Below, piece by piece: positions 61,338 through 64,000 of a DNA stretch of 64,000 bases (position 1 is the first letter of the stretch; each line of letters opens with the position of its first letter). Source of the DNA: Bdellovibrionales bacterium (GTDB lineage: Bacteria > Bdellovibrionota > Bdellovibrionia > Bdellovibrionales > CAYMLA01). The stretch is taken from assembly GCA_965217115.1 (NCBI GenBank), contig OZ244239.1, forward strand, positions 544,001 through 608,000, in the 5' to 3' direction. The translations under genes and the position numbers were made by a program. The notes under the pieces were generated by a model. The model was given only the letters and a program-made list of their open reading frames with translations, searched no databases and was not told where the DNA came from.

Positions 61338-62219
61338 TTATTTCTGCTCTGACTCCACATCTAAGCTAGATAACGGATGAAACTCATCAATCGTCTGTTT
61401 CATTTTCTCCGTTGTTACGCTCGTGTAGATTTGGGTGGTCTGAATATTAGCATGCCCCAAGAGCATCTGAATAGAACGGAGGTTAGCACCAGACTCCAAT
61501 AACGCCGTCGCACAGCCATGACGAAATTTATGGGGACTTATCGGTATAGATAAACCCGCCTCTTTCGACCAAGAAGAGAGCCATCGCCATATATCCGTGC
61601 GACTAGGCCGCTTACCCCGATCATTTAATAAAACAGCATCTGTCCCTGTTTTTAACAAATGGGGGCGGACCTCTTTAAGGTACGTAACAAACTCTTCCAT
61701 CAAGCCTTCAGTCAACGGCACTAAACGCTCTTTTTCTCCCTTACCAAGAACCTTTAACCACCCATCAGTATGGCTAAAAGAAGAGAGATTTAAATCAATC
61801 AACTCCGTCACGCGACAGCCCAATCCATAGAGTAAAAGCAATGTGATTTTATTACGAGCTGTTTTAAATATATCTTTGACCTCACAGGCCTCGTAGAGCT
61901 TTTTAAAATCATCCATTGTAATAGGCTTCGGTAGGGTGGCTTGAATACGGGGAGACTTTAAATCCCTTAATTCAGGCGTTTTTTTACCACGGCTCTCTAA
62001 AAATTTAAAATAAGTCCTCAAGCTACTAATAACCCTCGCCTGAGAGCGGCTCGACAACCCCTGTTCCCCCATGAATTGATAAAAACCAAGAATATCTTGG
62101 GGCTTCCCATACTTAACGAAAAGTCCCAAATCCCTTCGATAGGCCATGACTGTATTGCGAGAGCGTCCACGAACATTTTCTAAATCATCAAAAAAATCTG
62201 CCCATAAAATTAAGCCCAT
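61338..62219 (-). CDS. XerC/XerD-family tyrosine recombinase
   Basis: GCRVTEL, GKGEKER, PHKFRH, LLGH, TTQIY (complete R-K-H-R-H-Y set). Confidence 0.92.
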   Translation of the reverse strand: MGLILWADFFDDLENVRGRSRNTVMAYRRDLGLFVKYGKPQDILGFYQFMGEQGLSSRSQARVISSLRTYFKFLESRGKKTPELRDLKSPRIQATLPKPITMDDFKKLYEACEVKDIFKTARNKITLLLLYGLGCRVTELIDLNLSSFSHTDGWLKVLGKGEKERLVPLTEGLMEEFVTYLKEVRPHLLKTGTDAVLLNDRGKRPSRTDIWRWLSSWSKEAGLSIPISPHKFRHGCATALLESGANLRSIQMLLGHANIQTTQIYTSVTTEKMKQTIDEFHPLSSLDVESEQK

Positions 62220-62252
62220 GCAGAGAGCTTACCTAATACAACCCCCACTAGC

Positions 62253-62290
62253 AAAAAAAAAGTTCATCCACTAAAGTAGTAGATGAACTT
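62253..62290 (-). terminator. Intrinsic terminator of the lipoprotein operon
   Basis: AAGTTCATC...GATGAACTT stem with adjacent A-tract. Confidence 0.7.
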
Positions 62291-62355
62291 ATATGAATTA
62301 GAAAGCACTCAGAGGGGGGGGGGATATCTAAGCGCTCTCTGACTTCCAAGGTTGT

Positions 62356-63033
62356 TTAGTAAGTCACTATCACTAATCCAGGATTACAGACTTGCCCATT
62401 GACCGTTTCCACCAAAAAGGGCGCGGCATTTATTCTGTATTCATAATCTAATTTTACGTTACCGTTAGAATCAATTCCGCTATAACTACCTGGTCCAAGA
62501 ATGTTCATGCTCATCCTGATACGAGCAGTGTTGTTACTAGAGCGTCCACGGGCTTCCATAACGATCGTGTTGTCTCCATGTTTTCCTGACCATTGACCCG
62601 CTTGAATTGTTTCAAGATCGTATTCACCTTGAGGTAGAAGACAAGTCTCAGGCGTCACATAATTAATAGAGAGGTAGCCACGTACGCCAAATGTTCCTAT
62701 GTTATTAGGCACGACTCCTATATGGTGATCTGCGATTTCCTGAGTTCCCATATTCTCGTATGAACCATTCTGTGCAATAAGACCCACAGACATCGTTCCA
62801 ATATCATTCCATCCGATAGCTACTTTTCCTGTAGCATCTGCGAAAAGACCTTTTGTATTTAAAGGCAGACATCCTGAAGATGTGCAACTTGATCCGTTTC
62901 CAGAACGTATTACGTTGCCACTATCATCCTTTTTAGAGCAGCCCACTGTGAATCCAGCTAAGGAGACAACTAGGCCAACTATAATAGATAGGTTCTGCCA
63001 TTTTCTTTTTTTGTACACAGATAAAAATTTCAT
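62356..63033 (-). CDS. Hypothetical lipoprotein
   Basis: GGAGGGAG RBS; lipobox TVGC. Confidence 0.75.
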   Translation of the reverse strand: MKFLSVYKKRKWQNLSIIVGLVVSLAGFTVGCSKKDDSGNVIRSGNGSSCTSSGCLPLNTKGLFADATGKVAIGWNDIGTMSVGLIAQNGSYENMGTQEIADHHIGVVPNNIGTFGVRGYLSINYVTPETCLLPQGEYDLETIQAGQWSGKHGDNTIVMEARGRSSNNTARIRMSMNILGPGSYSGIDSNGNVKLDYEYRINAAPFLVETVNGQVCNPGLVIVTY

Positions 63034-63048
63034 TTTTACTCCCTCCAA

Positions 63049-63792
63049 TTAATTTAATTTAAATGCTTGGTTTAAGCTTAAGTTTCTAAATTCACCCAGG
63101 AGAGTGTATCCTCCCTCTGGAGTTATTCTATTTTCATCATCATAACCAGCCCCACAGCTGTAAGGACCTCTAGTGACAAACCAACATTTCGTCGGTGATG
63201 GCGGCGCATACACGTTCCCAAAGTTCTTGTAATAAATTCTTCCGTTCACATCATCGTCTGGACCCAAACCATCACCTAAATCAATGACATCATCAATAAT
63301 AACAATCACAGACCCGTACTCATCTTGAAACATCGCTCGAAACATAGTTTTACCGTCTAGAGTTAACCATTTATTGTACTTGTTCTCTTTTTGCCCATCA
63401 TATTTATTATATCTAACGTCAATTATTTCAGATCCAGTGCTTTGAGAACTCTGATGAAAAACCCCATCATCATAATAAGAGATACTTACATTTCCTTTAT
63501 AGAGATCACTCTCTTCATCCCTCTCAAGACTTAAGCGAATTTTATACTCGCCAGGATTGTTAAGTGGTCGCTCATAGACATAGTCTTCCATCGTACGTGC
63601 TTTCTCATGATCTGTTGAACCTGCAGGAAAGAAGTTCGCGACCCCACCCGACAGACCATCATCAAATTGACCTGTTGGTGCTCCAGGAACTGTTCCATAG
63701 GCTGGGGAATTGTCACCAACATCAACCTGCTTCTTAGCACAGCCTCCAAGCCATAATGACAGAACACTTAGTATAATAATTAACGCCCTCAT
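63049..63792 (-). CDS. Hypothetical lipoprotein
   Basis: AGGAGG RBS; lipobox LGGC. Confidence 0.8.
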   Translation of the reverse strand: MRALIIILSVLSLWLGGCAKKQVDVGDNSPAYGTVPGAPTGQFDDGLSGGVANFFPAGSTDHEKARTMEDYVYERPLNNPGEYKIRLSLERDEESDLYKGNVSISYYDDGVFHQSSQSTGSEIIDVRYNKYDGQKENKYNKWLTLDGKTMFRAMFQDEYGSVIVIIDDVIDLGDGLGPDDDVNGRIYYKNFGNVYAPPSPTKCWFVTRGPYSCGAGYDDENRITPEGGYTLLGEFRNLSLNQAFKLN

Positions 63793-63847
63793 GATCTCCT
63801 CCTAATATCCACCCCCTCAATAAGGAGGTTTCTTGTCTTAAGCTATT

Positions 63848-63862
63848 GCCAAGCGTGTGCCT
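63848..63862 (-). promoter_or_regulatory. Possible sigma54 promoter
   Basis: Minus strand AGGCACACGCTTGGC (GG-N10-GC). Confidence 0.5.
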
Positions 63863-64000
63863 ATTTTCTTTTCACTGTGTAACTATTTGACTTTACTTGT
63901 TAAAGTAAAAAACTGTCTGATTTTGAGACAGAAAAATCCTGTCTAAAAAATGATTGTAAACCAAAAAATGTCACTTTTAGGGGGGGGGTTTTTGAACAAA

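Noticed and set aside
61338..62219. Tyrosine recombinase as the integrase of the variable regions
   Set aside because: Size and motifs match housekeeping XerC/D, and it sits among core genes 4.5 kb from the region

Overview
Bacterial chromosomal window, AT-rich. Gene content (many secreted hydrolases and orphan signal-peptide proteins, sigma54 promoters) suggests a Bdellovibrionota-like predator; this assignment is an inference. Core blocks: 1-29.6 kb (secreted nuclease, fbaA, waaA, LemA/TPM, bcp, S8 protease, argS, udk, nth, ECF sigma operon, queA-tgt-yajC-secDF-recJ-queC-DUF366, multicopper oxidase, recQ), 40.6-48.9 kb (tRNA-fMet, fabH-fabD-fabG-acpP-fabF-rpiB-glyA, tRNA-Arg) and 56.8-64 kb (lolC/E-like, RidA, yciA, comM, xerC/D). 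Two variable regions without any integrase or transposase lie 3' of the two tRNAs (about 29.7-40.5 kb and 48.9-56.8 kb). They hold orphan secreted proteins and two toxin-antitoxin-like pairs, separated by re-used non-coding modules: a 36/89-bp repeat after three consecutive genes (cassette-like array), a nested MITE with an 8-bp target duplication, a DR-IR...IR-DR element between divergent genes, a co-varying two-state hairpin, and a pentamer VNTR. The most notable protein-level oddities are an ArgRS carrying an inserted PheT-type OB-fold domain and DUF366 translationally coupled to queC. No database searches were run, so product calls rest on recognised motifs and novelty is untested.
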